A stretch of DNA of 64,000 bases, taken from Lingula anatina (lineage: Eukaryota > Animalia > Brachiopoda). The notes below the pieces were generated by a model that worked only from the letters and a program-made list of their open reading frames with translations, had not been told where the DNA came from and did not search any database. Numbering within the stretch: the first letter of the stretch is position 1; each line of letters starts with the position of its first letter. The stretch lies in assembly GCA_051362555.1 (NCBI GenBank), contig CM120648.1:16116587-16180586 (forward strand), in the 5' to 3' direction. A program made the position numbers and the translations under genes. Below are positions 9,700 through 22,691 of the stretch, piece by piece.

Positions 9700-11255
9700 T
9701 TTGAGCTAGTTTTAAAAATGGGATAAATATTCTCCTACCGGCAGCTCTCTATCTTGTTAGTAAACAAACCACTGCACTGCTGACATTTAGGAGTTCCCTG
9801 CACCAGAGGTCCCACACTGCAACACAACTATCCTTGGTCCTGGAAAAAAATATGCAGTATTTAACATCCTAGCCTGCTAGTTGGCACCAAAATTAACTCT
9901 AACAAAACAGGAAAAATGTCAGAAACAAAGAGGAAAAAATGAAATACAATTTTTATACACTGTATTTTAGCAGAACTACATTTTGTCTGTCCTACACATA
10001 TCGTATTCTGTCATTGTAATGACCTATTTTTAGGGTTACACTTGCCACACAAGGGTAGAAACCACCAAATAATTTCCCTTTGACAACTATACAAAGAAAT
10101 GCCTGCAAAACTGCATGAATAAAAACATTTCCCATCCCCATGGACGGCAGACACACTGACATAACTCCCAATGGCACAAAAATATACTGTCACCAGACAT
10201 TATTTCTTACCGGCATTACTTGAACATGTGACCCTTCTGTTTGTAAGCAAACCACTGCACTGCTCACATGTAGTAGCTCCCTCCGCCAGAGGTCTCACGA
10301 CTGCACCACAACTATGCCTGGTCCTGAAAAAAAAACTGGCAGTAGTTTACACCCTGGCCTGCTAGTTGATCCCAAATTTAACCCTAGCAACACACAAGAA
10401 ATACCAGGAAAAAAAATGAAAAAAAGCACTATTTTTATCTGAATGAACTATATTCGTCTATAACAGATGCTAATTGGCTGATTTATCAGTTTCCGCCCAG
10501 AACCAGAAACCAAAAATAACAAAATGACAATCCACCTACATATCCGGTTTAAAGTAGTGCTCAAACTTAATCAATCTTTATGAAATATTCACCAAAAACT
10601 CAACAGCAATCCTGAAACATATCTGGAAAATTTGGTGCCTGTTGTAACAGTACTTATTGATATATTGCAGAATAAAAACATAGTCCAATTTACTGTGTTA
10701 CACCTGTAAATTACAACAAAAATGAGAGTAATTATGGTATGTGAAGACCTGTGATTTTATGAAAAAGCTATATATCACTTCCAATTATTTTACGTGAACA
10801 ACTTGTTCCTTTAGCTAATCAAAAAAAATATTTCCACACACATTTACCTACTATATATGACCATTTTATGGAAAGTTTTAAGCTCCCCACCCCCCTAAAT
10901 ACATAGATAAATGGATAAAAATGCTGATGCATTATTCCAAACATCTAAGACCTAAAACCAACATTGCATACAAAAGACAAGGTGTCACTTCCTCACATGG
11001 AAAAAAAATTCCCAGGTTTACATCTGTGTAAACACTTTCCCTGGGGAGTTGAAATCAGTAGGGGCTCTGGGCCAGGTGGCTAGGGACAGGGAGCTAACAC
11101 AAACATCCTGCTGCCTGGCCTCCTGCTGCCCTGTATAAAAGAGACCCCAGCTCAGCCAAAAATCATACCAGCTCACAGAGTTAGTCTGAAGTCCATGAGT
11201 GAAAAATACTGTCATCTTAGAGGAGAAAAAAAAATTAGAGTTGCCAGGAGACAGA

Positions 11256-13265
11256 ATGCCTGGAAGAAAAAAGGCCAGAAAATGGTATTTTAAGCCAGGC
11301 AATACCTATGGGTCTCAGTACTGGCAAGGTGTCAGTGAAAAAAAAGCAGACCAGAGGAAAGAAGAAAGTCACCCCTTTACCAGACTGAGTGCTACTCAGT
11401 ATGAAGACCTTGTGACAGTGAGGAGAGATGGCACTCTCAGCCTCCATGATGTTGATGGAAATCCTGCTCCAGTGAGGTTGCTGAGACCAGTAAAACCAAA
11501 GGCCACAGTCCAGCAGCCTGAGTCTGATGGCAAGCCACCAGTCAGTGATGATGTCTACAAGCTACACCATCAGGGGAAGCTGCTGCAGTTTTTTAATGAC
11601 TGCTTTCAAGAGCATGCAGAGACCAGTGCTGGTTGTGATGGCAGACTTGTCTTCGACCCAAACAAAGAGGAGAAGCGAGGACTGTGTTGGAAGGAGGAAA
11701 TGAAGTGTGGGAAATGCAGCTATCACTCTAAAAAGACAAAACTGTACACAGAGGTGACAAGAGAAGGACCAGGGTGCAAGGCAGCAGTACCTAATGTAGC
11801 CATACAAGTTGGACTGTCCCAGACAATGATATCAAATGTTGCATGCCGGCGAATTTTGATGTCAGCTCACATCCCTGTACCAGCAACAAGTGGGATGCAG
11901 AAACATACAAACAGTGTGCATGACAAGATAGTGGAAGCCAACAGAGGTGACATGGCCAGAAGGCAGGCTCAGCTGCATGAGAACAACCAAGTAATGGGCC
12001 TCCCCAGAGACGCACCCATCAGAGTAGAGGGAGATGGACGTTATAATAACCCCCTGTATTCAGGTGCAGGGAAAACTCCCTTCCAGGCAGGCACACAGGC
12101 AGTGTATACAGTAGTTGAAAATCAAACTAAGAGCAAACAGGTGATTGCTGTGGCAACAAAAAATAAACTCTGTACTACAGCACAAAGACTGAGAAACAAG
12201 GGGCAGCATGTGACATGTCCAGATCACCATGGCCACTGCTCTGCTTCAGCACCTCCTAACTCCAGCATTGGCGATGAAGCTGACCTAGCCCAGGCATGTG
12301 TGTTGGAAATGCAGCAGGACAACGAGCCAACACGTGTGAAGTACTGCATTCTGGATGGTGATTCATGTGCACTGAAGGGTTTCCAACCTACCTCAGAGAC
12401 ATCAACAAGTGATACCCCTCCGCTTCTACTAAAAGACACCCGTCACCTCAGTCTTGGACAGAAACGTGCACTGGCCAAAGTATCCAGGAGTTCTGGGATG
12501 TTTCCTAGACATCTGAAAATAGAGAAAGAAAAACTGATTAACAGATTCAATGAGGATGTTAAGGGTCAGTGTGCTATGACATTGTCACTGTGTTATGATG
12601 CATGTGCTGGAGATGTGAACAAGATGATAAAAAAACTGACCTATGCCACTGATGCCATGATTGACTGTTACAATGGAAACCATGACTTATGCAAAAGAGG
12701 CAAGTCCTTCACATGTCAGGGCACAAAAAGACACCATTGGAACAAGCCCATGCTACCAGAAGGCTACAGGCTACATATGACTGATGAGGATAAAGATAAA
12801 TTAAGACAATGTATTGGTTACAAATTGGACAGAAATGCAGTGCTCTCTCAGCAATTTAATAGTAACAGTCAAAAAGCAGAAGCAGTTAACCGCACCTATA
12901 CATCAACAAACCCAAAATGTGTCACCATGACAAGGAATTTCAGTGGCAGGATACACAGTGCTGTCCACAAGGTGAACAATGGACCAGGTCAGTCTACAGT
13001 GCAGCTACTGGAACATGTTGGAGCCAGCCTTCCACACAATTCCCGTGTTCGATGCCAGCTGAAAAGTGAAGATGCACAAGTGAAAAAGAGAAAAGACTCT
13101 AAAAAGACTATTAAAAGCAAGCAAAACAGAATAAAAACTGTTCTAAGAAACTATCAAATGTATGACTCTAGACCAGAAAAAGTTGTGTACAAAAAAGGCA
13201 TGCATGACAAGCTGCCACAGAAATCCATTAGATGCCCTCCAGATCATAATTATAATAAAAAATAA
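11256..13265 (+). CDS. DDE transposase copy
   Basis: Near-identical ORF; CGKC and VSRSS variants. Confidence 0.8.
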   Translation: MPGRKKARKWYFKPGNTYGSQYWQGVSEKKADQRKEESHPFTRLSATQYEDLVTVRRDGTLSLHDVDGNPAPVRLLRPVKPKATVQQPESDGKPPVSDDVYKLHHQGKLLQFFNDCFQEHAETSAGCDGRLVFDPNKEEKRGLCWKEEMKCGKCSYHSKKTKLYTEVTREGPGCKAAVPNVAIQVGLSQTMISNVACRRILMSAHIPVPATSGMQKHTNSVHDKIVEANRGDMARRQAQLHENNQVMGLPRDAPIRVEGDGRYNNPLYSGAGKTPFQAGTQAVYTVVENQTKSKQVIAVATKNKLCTTAQRLRNKGQHVTCPDHHGHCSASAPPNSSIGDEADLAQACVLEMQQDNEPTRVKYCILDGDSCALKGFQPTSETSTSDTPPLLLKDTRHLSLGQKRALAKVSRSSGMFPRHLKIEKEKLINRFNEDVKGQCAMTLSLCYDACAGDVNKMIKKLTYATDAMIDCYNGNHDLCKRGKSFTCQGTKRHHWNKPMLPEGYRLHMTDEDKDKLRQCIGYKLDRNAVLSQQFNSNSQKAEAVNRTYTSTNPKCVTMTRNFSGRIHSAVHKVNNGPGQSTVQLLEHVGASLPHNSRVRCQLKSEDAQVKKRKDSKKTIKSKQNRIKTVLRNYQMYDSRPEKVVYKKGMHDKLPQKSIRCPPDHNYNKK

Positions 13266-13413
13266 TAATTTTATATAAACAACGTGGTTTGTTATTTATT
13301 TATTAAATTGTGTGGGGTTAATTTTACTTAAAAGTTGGGGTTAACTTTCGCGGTCACACTTAAAAGTTGGGGTTAACTTTCACAGCAGTCACACTTAAAA
13401 GTTGGGGTTAAAG

Positions 13414-13625
13414 TTAGGGTTAGGGTTAGACTTAGGGTTAGGGTTAGGGTTAAAGTTAGGGTTAGGGTTAGGGTTAGGGTTAAAGTTAGGGTTAGGGTTA
13501 GAGGGTTAGGGTTAGGGTTAGACTTAGGGTTAGGGTTAAAGTTAGGGTTAGGGTTAGACTTAGGGTTAAAGTTAGGGTTAGGGTTAGACTTAAGGTTAGG
13601 GTTAGGGTTAGTGTTAGGGTTAGGG
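13414..13625 (+). repeat. Degenerate (TTAGGG)n tract
   Basis: Direct reading; same variant pattern as 1676-1887. Confidence 0.95.
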
Positions 13626-15179
13626 TTTGAGCTAGTTTTAAAAATGGGATAAATATTCTCCTACCGGCAGCTCTCTATCTTGTTAGTAAACAAACCACTG
13701 CACTGCTGACATTTAGGAGTTCCCTGCACCAGAGGTCCCACACTGCAACACAACTATCCTTGGTCCTGGAAAAAAAATATGCAGTATTTAACATCCTAGC
13801 CTGCTAGTTGGCACCAAAATTAACTCTAACAAAACAGGAAAAATGTCAGAAACAAAGAGGAAAAAATGAAATACAATTTTTATACACTGTATTTTAGCAG
13901 AACTACATTTTGTCTGTCCTATACATGTCGTATTCTGTCATTGTAATGACCTATTTTTAGGGTTACACTTGCCACACAAGGGTAGAAACCACCAAATAAT
14001 TTCCCTTTGACAACTATACAAAGAAATGCCTGCAAAACTGCATGAATAAAAACATTTCCCATCCCCATGGACGGCAGACACACTGACATAACTCCCAATG
14101 GCACAAAAATATACTGTCACCAGACATTATTTCTTACCGGCATTACTTGAACATGTGACCCTTCTGTTTGTAAGCAAACCACTGCACTGCTCACATGTAG
14201 TAGCTCCCTCCGCCAGAGGTCTCACGACTGCACCACAACTATGCCTGGTCCTGAAAAAAAAAACTGGCAGTAGTTTACACCCTGGCCTGCTAGTTGATCC
14301 CAAATTTAACCCTAGCAACACACAAGAAATACCAGGAAAAAAAATGAAAATAAGCACTATTTTTATCTGAATGAACTATATTCGTCTATAACAGATGCTA
14401 ATTGGCTGATTTATCAGTTTCCGCCCAGAACCAGAAACCAAAAATAACAAAATGACAATCCACCTACATATCCGGTTTAAAGTAGTGCTCAAACTTAATC
14501 AATCTTTATGAAATATTCACCAAAAACTCAACAGCAATCCTGAAACATATCTGGAAAATTTGGTGCCTGTTGTAACAGTACTTATTGATATATTGCAGAA
14601 TAAAAACATAGTCCAATTTACTGTGTTACACCTGTAAATTACAACAAAAATGAGAGTAATTATGCTATATGAAGACCTGTGATTTTATGAAAAAGCTATA
14701 TATCACTTCCAATTTTTTTACATGAACAACTTGTTCCTTTAGCTAATCAAAAAAAATATTTCCACACACATTTACCTACTATGACCATTTTATGGAAAGT
14801 TTTAAGCTCCCCACCCCCCTAAATACATAGATAAATGGATAAAAATGCTGATGCATTATTCCAAACATCTAAGACCTAAAACCAACATTGCATACAAAAG
14901 ACAAGGTGTCACTTCCTCACATGGAAAAAAAATTCCCAGGTTTACATCTGTGTAAACACTTTCCCTGGGGAGTTGAAATCAGTAGGGGCTCTGGGCCAGG
15001 TGGCTAGGGACAGGGAGCTAACACAAACATCCTGCTGCCTGGCCTCCTGCTGCCCTGTATAAAAGAGACCCCAGCTCAGCCAAAAATCATACCAGCTCAC
15101 AGAGTTAGTCTGAAGTCCATGAGTGAAAAATACTGTCATCTTAGAGGAGAAAAAAAAATTAGAGTTGCCAGGAGACAGA

Positions 15180-17189
15180 ATGCCTGGAAGAAAAAAGGCC
15201 AGAAAATGGTATTTTAAGCCTGGCAATACCTATGGGTCTCAGTACTGGCAAGGTGTCAGTGAAAAAAAAGCAGACCAGAGGAAAGAAGAAAGTCACCCCT
15301 TTACCAGACTGAGTGCTACTCAGTATGAAAACCTTGTGACAGTGAGGAGAGATGGCACTCTCAGCCTCCATGATGTTGATGGAAATCCTGCTCCAGTGAG
15401 GTTGCTGAGACCAGTAAAACCAAAGGCCACAGTCCAGCAGCCTGAGTCTGATGGCAAGCCACCAGTCAGTGATGATGTCTACAAGCTACACCATCAGGGG
15501 AAGCTGCTGCAGTTTTTTAATGACTGCTTTCAAGAGCATGCAGAGACCAGTGCTGGTTGTGATGGCAGACTTGTCTTCGACCCAAACAAAGAGGAGAAGC
15601 GAGGACTGTGTTGGAAGGAGGAAATGAAGTGTGGGAAATGCAGCTATCACTCTAAAAAGACAAAACTGTACACAGAGGTGACAAGAGAAGGACCAGGGTG
15701 CAAGGCAGCAGTACCTAATGTAGCCATACAAGTTGGACTGTCCCAGACAATGATATCAAATGTTGCATGCCGGCGAATTTTGATGTCAGCTCACATCCCT
15801 GTACCAGCAACAAGTGGGATGCAGAAACATACAAACAGTGTGCATGACAAGATAGTGGAAGCCAACAGAGGTGACATGGCCAGAAGGCGGGCTCAGCTGC
15901 ATGAGAACAACCAAGTAATGGGCCTCCCCAGAGACGCACCCATCAGAGTAGAGGGAGATGGACGTTATAATAACCCCCTGTATTCAGGTGCAGGGAAAAC
16001 TCCCTTCCAGGCAGGCACACAGGCAGTGTATACAGTAGTTGAAAATCAAACTAAGAGCAAACAGGTGATTGCTGTGGCAACAAAAAATAAACTCTGTACT
16101 ACAGCACAAAGACTGAGAAACAAGGGGCAGCGTGTGACATGTCCAGATCACCATGGCCACTGCTCTGCTTCAGCAACTCCTAACTCCAGCATTGGCGATG
16201 AAGCTGACCTACCCCAGGCATGTGTGTTGGAAATGCAGCAGGACAACGAGCCAACACGTGTGAAGTACTGCATTCTGGATGGTGATTCACGTGCACTGAA
16301 GGGTTTCCAACCTACCTTAGAGACATCAACAAGTGATACCCCTCCGCTTCTACTAAAAGACACCCGTCACCTCAGTCTTGGACAGAAACGTGCACTGGCC
16401 AAAGTATCCTGGAGTTCTGGGATGTTTCCTAGACATCTGAAAATAGAGAAAGAAAAACTGATAAACAGATTCAATGAGGATGTTAAGCGTCAGTGTGCTA
16501 TGACATTGTCACTGTGTTATGATGCATGTGCTGGAGATGTGAACAAGATGATAAAAAAACTGACCTATGCCACTGATGCCATGATTGACTGTTACAATGG
16601 AAACCATGACTTATGCAAAAGAGGCAAGTCCTTCACATGTCAGGGCACAAAAAGACACCATTGGAACAAGCCCATGCTACCAGAAGGCTACAGGCTACAT
16701 ATGACTGATGAGGATAAAGATAAATTAAGACAATGTATTGGTTACAAATTGGACAGAAATGCAGTGCTCTCTCAGCAATTTAATAGTAACAGTCAAAAAG
16801 CAGAAGCAGTTAACCGCACCTATACATCAACAAACCCAAAATGTGTCACCATGACAAGGAATTTCAGTGGCAGGATACACAGTGCTGTCCACAAGGTGAA
16901 CAATGGACCAGGTCAGTCTACAGTGCAGCTACTGGAACATGTTGGAGCCAGCCTTCCACACAATTCCCGTGTTCGATGCCAGCTGAAAAGTGAAGATGCA
17001 CAAGTGAAAAAGAGAAAAGACTCTAAAAAGACTATTAAAAGCAAGCAAAACAGAATAAAAACTGTTCTAAGAAACTATCAAATGTATGACTCTAGACCAG
17101 AAAAAGTTGTGTACAAAAAAGGCATGCATGACAAGCTGCCACAGAAATCCATTAGATGCCCTCCAGATCATAATTATAATAAAAAATAA
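15180..17189 (+). CDS. DDE transposase copy (most divergent in array 1)
   Basis: Intact ORF with several private substitutions and variants shared with array 2. Confidence 0.8.
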   Translation: MPGRKKARKWYFKPGNTYGSQYWQGVSEKKADQRKEESHPFTRLSATQYENLVTVRRDGTLSLHDVDGNPAPVRLLRPVKPKATVQQPESDGKPPVSDDVYKLHHQGKLLQFFNDCFQEHAETSAGCDGRLVFDPNKEEKRGLCWKEEMKCGKCSYHSKKTKLYTEVTREGPGCKAAVPNVAIQVGLSQTMISNVACRRILMSAHIPVPATSGMQKHTNSVHDKIVEANRGDMARRRAQLHENNQVMGLPRDAPIRVEGDGRYNNPLYSGAGKTPFQAGTQAVYTVVENQTKSKQVIAVATKNKLCTTAQRLRNKGQRVTCPDHHGHCSASATPNSSIGDEADLPQACVLEMQQDNEPTRVKYCILDGDSRALKGFQPTLETSTSDTPPLLLKDTRHLSLGQKRALAKVSWSSGMFPRHLKIEKEKLINRFNEDVKRQCAMTLSLCYDACAGDVNKMIKKLTYATDAMIDCYNGNHDLCKRGKSFTCQGTKRHHWNKPMLPEGYRLHMTDEDKDKLRQCIGYKLDRNAVLSQQFNSNSQKAEAVNRTYTSTNPKCVTMTRNFSGRIHSAVHKVNNGPGQSTVQLLEHVGASLPHNSRVRCQLKSEDAQVKKRKDSKKTIKSKQNRIKTVLRNYQMYDSRPEKVVYKKGMHDKLPQKSIRCPPDHNYNKK

Positions 17190-17337
17190 TAATTTTATAT
17201 AAACAACGTGGTTTGTTATTTATTTATTAAATTGTGTGGGGTTAATTTTACTTAAAAGTTGGGGTTAACTTTTGCGGTCACACTTAAAAGTTGGGGTTAA
17301 CTTTCACAGCAGTCACACTTAAAAGTTGGGGTTAAAG

Positions 17338-17555
17338 TTAGGGTTAGGGTTAGACTTAGGGTTAGGGTTAGGGTTAAAGTTAGGGTTAGGGTTAGGGTTA
17401 GGGTTAAAGTTAGGGTTAGGGTTAGAGGGTTAGGGTTAGGGTTAGGGTTAGACTTATGGTTAGGGTTAAAGTTAGGGTTAGGGTTAGACTTAGGGTTAAA
17501 GTTAGGGTTAGGGTTAGACTTAAGGTTAGGGTTAGGGTTAGTGTTAGGGTTAGGG
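17338..17555 (+). repeat. Degenerate (TTAGGG)n tract
   Basis: Direct reading. Confidence 0.95.
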
Positions 17556-17996
17556 TTTGAGCTAGTTTTAAAAATGGGATAAATATTCTCCTACCGGCAG
17601 CTCTCTATCTTGTTAGTAAACAAACCACTGCACTGCTGACATTTAGGAGTTCCCTGCACCAGAGGTCCCACACTGCAACACAACTATCCTTGGTCCTGGA
17701 AAAAAAATATGCAGTATTTAACATCCTAGCCTGCTAGTTGGCACCAAAATTAACTCTAACAAAACAGGAAAAATGTCAGAAACAAAGAGGAAAAAATGAA
17801 ATACAATTTTTATACACTGTATTTTAGCAGAACTACATTTTGTCTGTCCTATACATGTCGTATTCTGTCATTGTAATGACCTATTTTTAGGGTTACACTT
17901 GCCACACAAGGGTAGAAACCACCAAATAATTTCCCTTTGACAACTATACAAAGAAATGCCTGCAAAACTGCATGAATAAAAACATTTCCCATCCCC

Positions 17997-18828
17997 ATGG
18001 ACGGCAGACACACTGACATAACTCCAAATGGCACAAAAATATACTGTCACCAGACATTATTTCTTACCGGCATTACTTGAACATGTGACCCTTCTGTTTG
18101 TAAGCAAACCACTGCACTGCTCACATGTAGTAGCTCCCTCCGCCAGAGGTCTCACGACTGCACCACAACTATGCCTGGTCCTGAAAAAAAAACTGGCAGT
18201 AGTTTACACCCTGGCCTGCTAGTTGATCCCAAATTTAACCCTAGCAACACACAAGAAATACCAGGAAAAAAAATGAAAAAAAGCACTATTTTTATCTGAA
18301 TGAACTATATTCCTCTATAACAGATGGACGGCAGACACACTGACATAACTCCCAATGGTACAAAAATATACTGTCACCAGACATTATTTCTTACCGGCAT
18401 TACTTGAACATGTGACCCTTCTGTTTGTAAGCAAACCACTGCACTGCTCACATGTAGTAGCTCCCTCCGCCAGAGGTCTCACGACTGCACCACAACTATG
18501 CCTGGTCCTGAAAAAAAAACTGGCAGTAGTTTACACCCTGGCCTGCTAGTTGATCCCAAATTTAACCCTAGCAACACACAAGAAATACCAGGAAAAAAAA
18601 TGAAAAAAAGCACTATTTTTATCTGAATGAACTATATTCCTCTATAACAGATGGACGGCAGACACACTGACATAACTCCCAATGGCACAAAAATATACTG
18701 TCACCAGACATTATTTCTTACCGGCATTACTTGAACATGTGACCCTTCTGTTTGTAAGCAAACCACTGCACTGCTCACATGTAGTAGCTCCCTCCGCCAG
18801 AGGTCTCACGACTGCACCACAACTATGC
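17997..18828 (+). repeat. 327-bp tandem amplification (2.5 copies) of a spacer segment at the end of array 1
   Basis: Copies start at 17997, 18324, 18651; junction aacagatg|gacggc with atg microhomology. Confidence 0.9.
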
Positions 18829-20720
18829 AGTGGACGTTTAAAATGGCTAAGACTACTCACAGCTAAAACCGCCAATTTGTTAACCGCTTTGGCTCTCAAC
18901 GTGCCCTATAGCGTCACAGGTGAAATCAAACGTAAACTCAGTGTAAAACAAAATGAAAATAACAGCATCTGAAATTATCTCACTAAAAATGTTTGGCTAT
19001 TACGTAAGATTGTCACCTAAATGGCTGACTTTTGGGTGCCTTGAGGCCAGTGAAAGGGAGTCTCCCCCCGGACGAATTACCTGTAAGAACCCGGTAAAGT
19101 GGTTTAGTAAGCAATAGCGGCTTTAGAGGGTGTCTGGGGGGTCCTGACCCCCCTTCGATTTCTGAAAAAAAATCAAATCAATGGTCCCTTCTTGAAATTA
19201 TAATTTGGGCAAGCTGAATCAAAGTTTTAAACCGTACCAAGTGGCACCGTTCGCCCTGTAAAATGCCATTTTTTCCGTCCCCGGGCCCCAAACCAAGAAT
19301 GGGGGGTCGAGTTTGCATCCGCGGACCCCCCCCCCCCCCCCCCTTCAAAAATTCCTGCATCCGCCATTTGGATAGAATAAATTCTTATGCGAGACCCATT
19401 AATTGATATTTTGTAGAGGCTAAGAGGCTAAGCTTGGTTCTCATATTGAGGCACGACGTTTTATTCGTGTGCTTCGTCATGCACACAAACACGCACAAAC
19501 ACACGCGCATCTTATTCACCATCTTGACCGAGAAGTAGATTTTTTAGTCCAATTGGTCGTGACGTCATTCCCGTTTCTCCCCACTGGGTCTTTGTGAAGC
19601 GATAAGAGCATTAATTGATCTCTAAAGGGACGTTTTATACACAGGCGTTGTCTATATTTTTTTGATTACTTTTTAACGTCCACTTAATTTACACTTTTTT
19701 TCAGTGTGATGTCGCTATACCTAACCAACAACCAGAAATTAAGTGGGAACATTTTCGCTCGTCAAGTAAAGAGAGGGTGACTAAGAAACCAATGTTGATT
19801 GGGTAATTTTAAAATTATGAATTTGATTGATTTATTAATAATAAGATAGGAGGAGAGATTAATCCAGGAAACAGGATATGTGTATTTTTGTGCACCACAT
19901 TGCTGTGCCTCTATATGCACCCAAAGCAGTAAGGGCACTATAAGAGTTTACTTAAAACTTTTTCACATTCTTTTTTCTGAGCAGCGTTGCAACTGCTGGA
20001 TTCACCGATCACCGATAAATTAATGAATTTATTAATAATTAATTAAATAATTAACGAATTGAGGAGGTTGGTGAGGATTTTGAAATGATGTGTATAAAAA
20101 TTCTTTTATTGAGAAGAATGTCTCGAGTTCATTTGCTTTAAAAACAAAGGTTCTGGACATATCTGTGCCAAAACTTGAAACAGGAAGTCTCAAAGGGCAG
20201 CTGGACGGTGACCTGGCTTGCGGGTGACTAACTCTCAAGCGCCATGTTAAAGGTACCGAAACTACTCTTAGTTTCACGTAAGTTGTAAACTTCTGATGAT
20301 TCTAATTAGTTTGATATTACATGTGAGTTACACGTATAAGAGAAGTTTTAAAAGCTTTTGTCTGCTCCCATCATACCACGATGTCTTTTCCATTTCACTG
20401 TCTATTTAATAAATTTTACTTATTTGTTCGTTCAGGCTCAAGATTTTTCAGAAAAAGAACCCCCCCCCCCCCTTTTGAAATTTCTGGCAACGGGCCTGTC
20501 GTTTGTTTATTTTGTTAACTGTAGAGACAAAGGACAAGAACGCAATAATTCAAGCAATTTAAGACATTTAATGAAGCAAGGGTGACATATCAAAGCGGAT
20601 CAAAAAAAAAAAAACAAAAAACATTCTGGCATCATTCATGCCTTCGAGTAGCATTCAGGCAACAATTATGATAAAGATCTGCTAACAATCATGAGGTAGT
20701 TGTGCGGCAATTAATCTACA

Positions 20721-21090
20721 GTCAAAGTATCGCCACTTGTCCAGTGCAGTCATTGCATTAACGGCATTTTCATAATCAGCAAATTTTCTTCTTCTTTGAA
20801 TAAAATCTGTCATTTCCGTAGACTGAAAATTCTTAAAATATCTATTGCTATGGCTAAGGATTTCTTTGCCTTTGTGAAAATAGTCATGATAAAAGTTGAG
20901 AAAAATTAAAGTCAAAGTATCACCACTTGTGCATTGCAGTCATTGCATTAAAGGCATCTTCATAATTTTCTTCTTCTTTAAATAAAATCTGTCATTTCCG
21001 TAGACTGAAAATTCTTAAAATATCTTTTGCTATGGCTAAGTATTTATTTGCCTTTGTGAAAATAATCATGATAAAAGTTGAGAAAAATCA
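20721..21090. repeat. 190-bp tandem duplication
   Basis: gtcaaagtatc.ccacttgt at 20721 and 20911 with collinear continuation. Confidence 0.8.
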
Positions 21091-21894
21091 AATACTACAC
21101 ACTCTATACCATGTGGCAAGCTATCAAACATTCAATACCTTTAGCAAGATCCCTTTAACCATCCATCTATCTGTATCATAATGCACTGTTTTAGAGAATT
21201 TAAAACTGAAGGCTTACAACACATATATCACAACAGCTAAACATAAAAGAGCTGCGCGAAGCAAACTCATCTTCAAGTCGTCAAATCATTTCAAGGCATT
21301 TGCGCTTTTTTGAAAGATGTTGTTAACACTTTAGCATTAAGTTTTTGTGTACCGTTATATTAATTTCAAGTCTATGAGAACCAAAGGCAAATAACTACGG
21401 AAAATCTTGCCAAGAAAGTCCAAATAAAAGCGGTCGATTTGGCACTTTGTTTCAAACGGAGATTTAAATGAGGGTCCCACTGGGTATTTTTGTAACCCGT
21501 GAAAGCAACTTTTTATTTCCCCAGATGCATTAAACGTTCATATTATTTAGAGCGGCATCTGAATGCTGATTTTTATTTCTCGTTCGTCGTTAAACGAAGT
21601 CATTGTACTCAGCGATACGTGGTTTTCAACTTGCCGGGCTTGCATTTTCAATGAGATATGAATAAAGTCTTATTTTCTGTGATTTGTGATTTGCTGGTTT
21701 TATTTCCCGTGGTCTTAACGCCCCCCCTCCTCTCCCATGGGACCCTCTCAGAAAGTCCGAAAGCAAAATTAATGTTCGAAAATGAGAACAATTTGAGTCT
21801 CAGTTGGCTGTGGTACTGCATCTCCATGTAAACATGCCAGTTGTATTACATTCGATGCTATAGCGCAAATATTTCGCATGCCTTATAATTTAGT

Positions 21895-22187
21895 TTACAT
21901 GAGAAAGGCAATGAAAGGGTGGTACAGCATACGCCCGGTGAACTGGATATCCAGTTGGTATCTGCCGAGAGTGGGTACGAGGTTGGTGATGTCGTAATGC
22001 AGACAGGTCGGGCCACACTGGCGGTAGATGGCGGCCATGCCGGTGTCTTCGTTGGTGACTTTCAGAACTGGGCACATTTCTGCGCTGCCGGTTGGAACGA
22101 ACAAATACACACGTCTTAGGCGTCTGGTGCTTGGCTGCGGTCCGAGACGAATGACGTCAAATGTATACCGTCCGTTTCTGGCGGGAT
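21895..22187 (-). CDS. Putative terminal coding exon of an unknown gene (DPARNGRYTF...HPFIAFLM*)
   Basis: GC-richer open frame after acceptor ttgcattcAG, ends in stop. Confidence 0.5.
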
Positions 22188-22482
22188 CTGAATGCAAACG
22201 GAATGAATTAATTGATTATGCACATTCGATAAATTTCAGAACTATTAGAACTGGCATAATTAACACTTTGCAATAAAAAAGTGAAAATATATCATTAGTA
22301 AACTAGTAGACTTCCGGGCAAAAACAAAATAGTGTAATCACATTCATGATTTTCATTCAGTATTTATTATTTAATTCAATGAAAAGAAAGAAAAAGGGGG
22401 AACGGAGGGTAAAGCCACTGTACATTTACTTTTTGCATTACTGTAAATTACTGAGATGGGGAGAGATGGGGGCAAAGAAAAT

Positions 22483-22491
22483 ACACACACA

Positions 22492-22550
<59 letters not shown>

Positions 22551-22688
22551 GGAAAAAATACGAAAAGTGGGAGAGAGAGAGAGAGGGAAAGAGAGATGGG
22601 ACCACAGAAAATACGTACAGACAGGTAGAGGAAGCCAAAGCAAATACGAGAGAGAGAGAGAGAGAGAGTGAGAGAGAGAGAGAGAGAG
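22483..22688. repeat. (CA)n/(GA)n microsatellite cluster
   Basis: Direct reading. Confidence 0.9.
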
Positions 22689-22691
22689 TGC

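Larger units (their letters stand above)
1..18828 (+). mobile_element. Tandem array 1 of ~3.9-kb transposase + TTAGGG-tract units (5 ORF copies visible, runs off left edge)
   Basis: Near-identical ORFs end at 1527, 5456, 9345, 13265, 17189 (period 3889-3929 bp); similarity to the unit stops after ...aactatgc at 18828. Confidence 0.95.

Noticed and set aside
1-18828. Array as a pure assembly artefact
   Set aside because: Units carry distinct, hierarchically shared SNPs and indels; exact copy number still needs read validation.
21470-21747. Possible MITE with gagggtccca/tgggaccctc ends
   Set aside because: 10-bp inverted repeat only, no TSD found.
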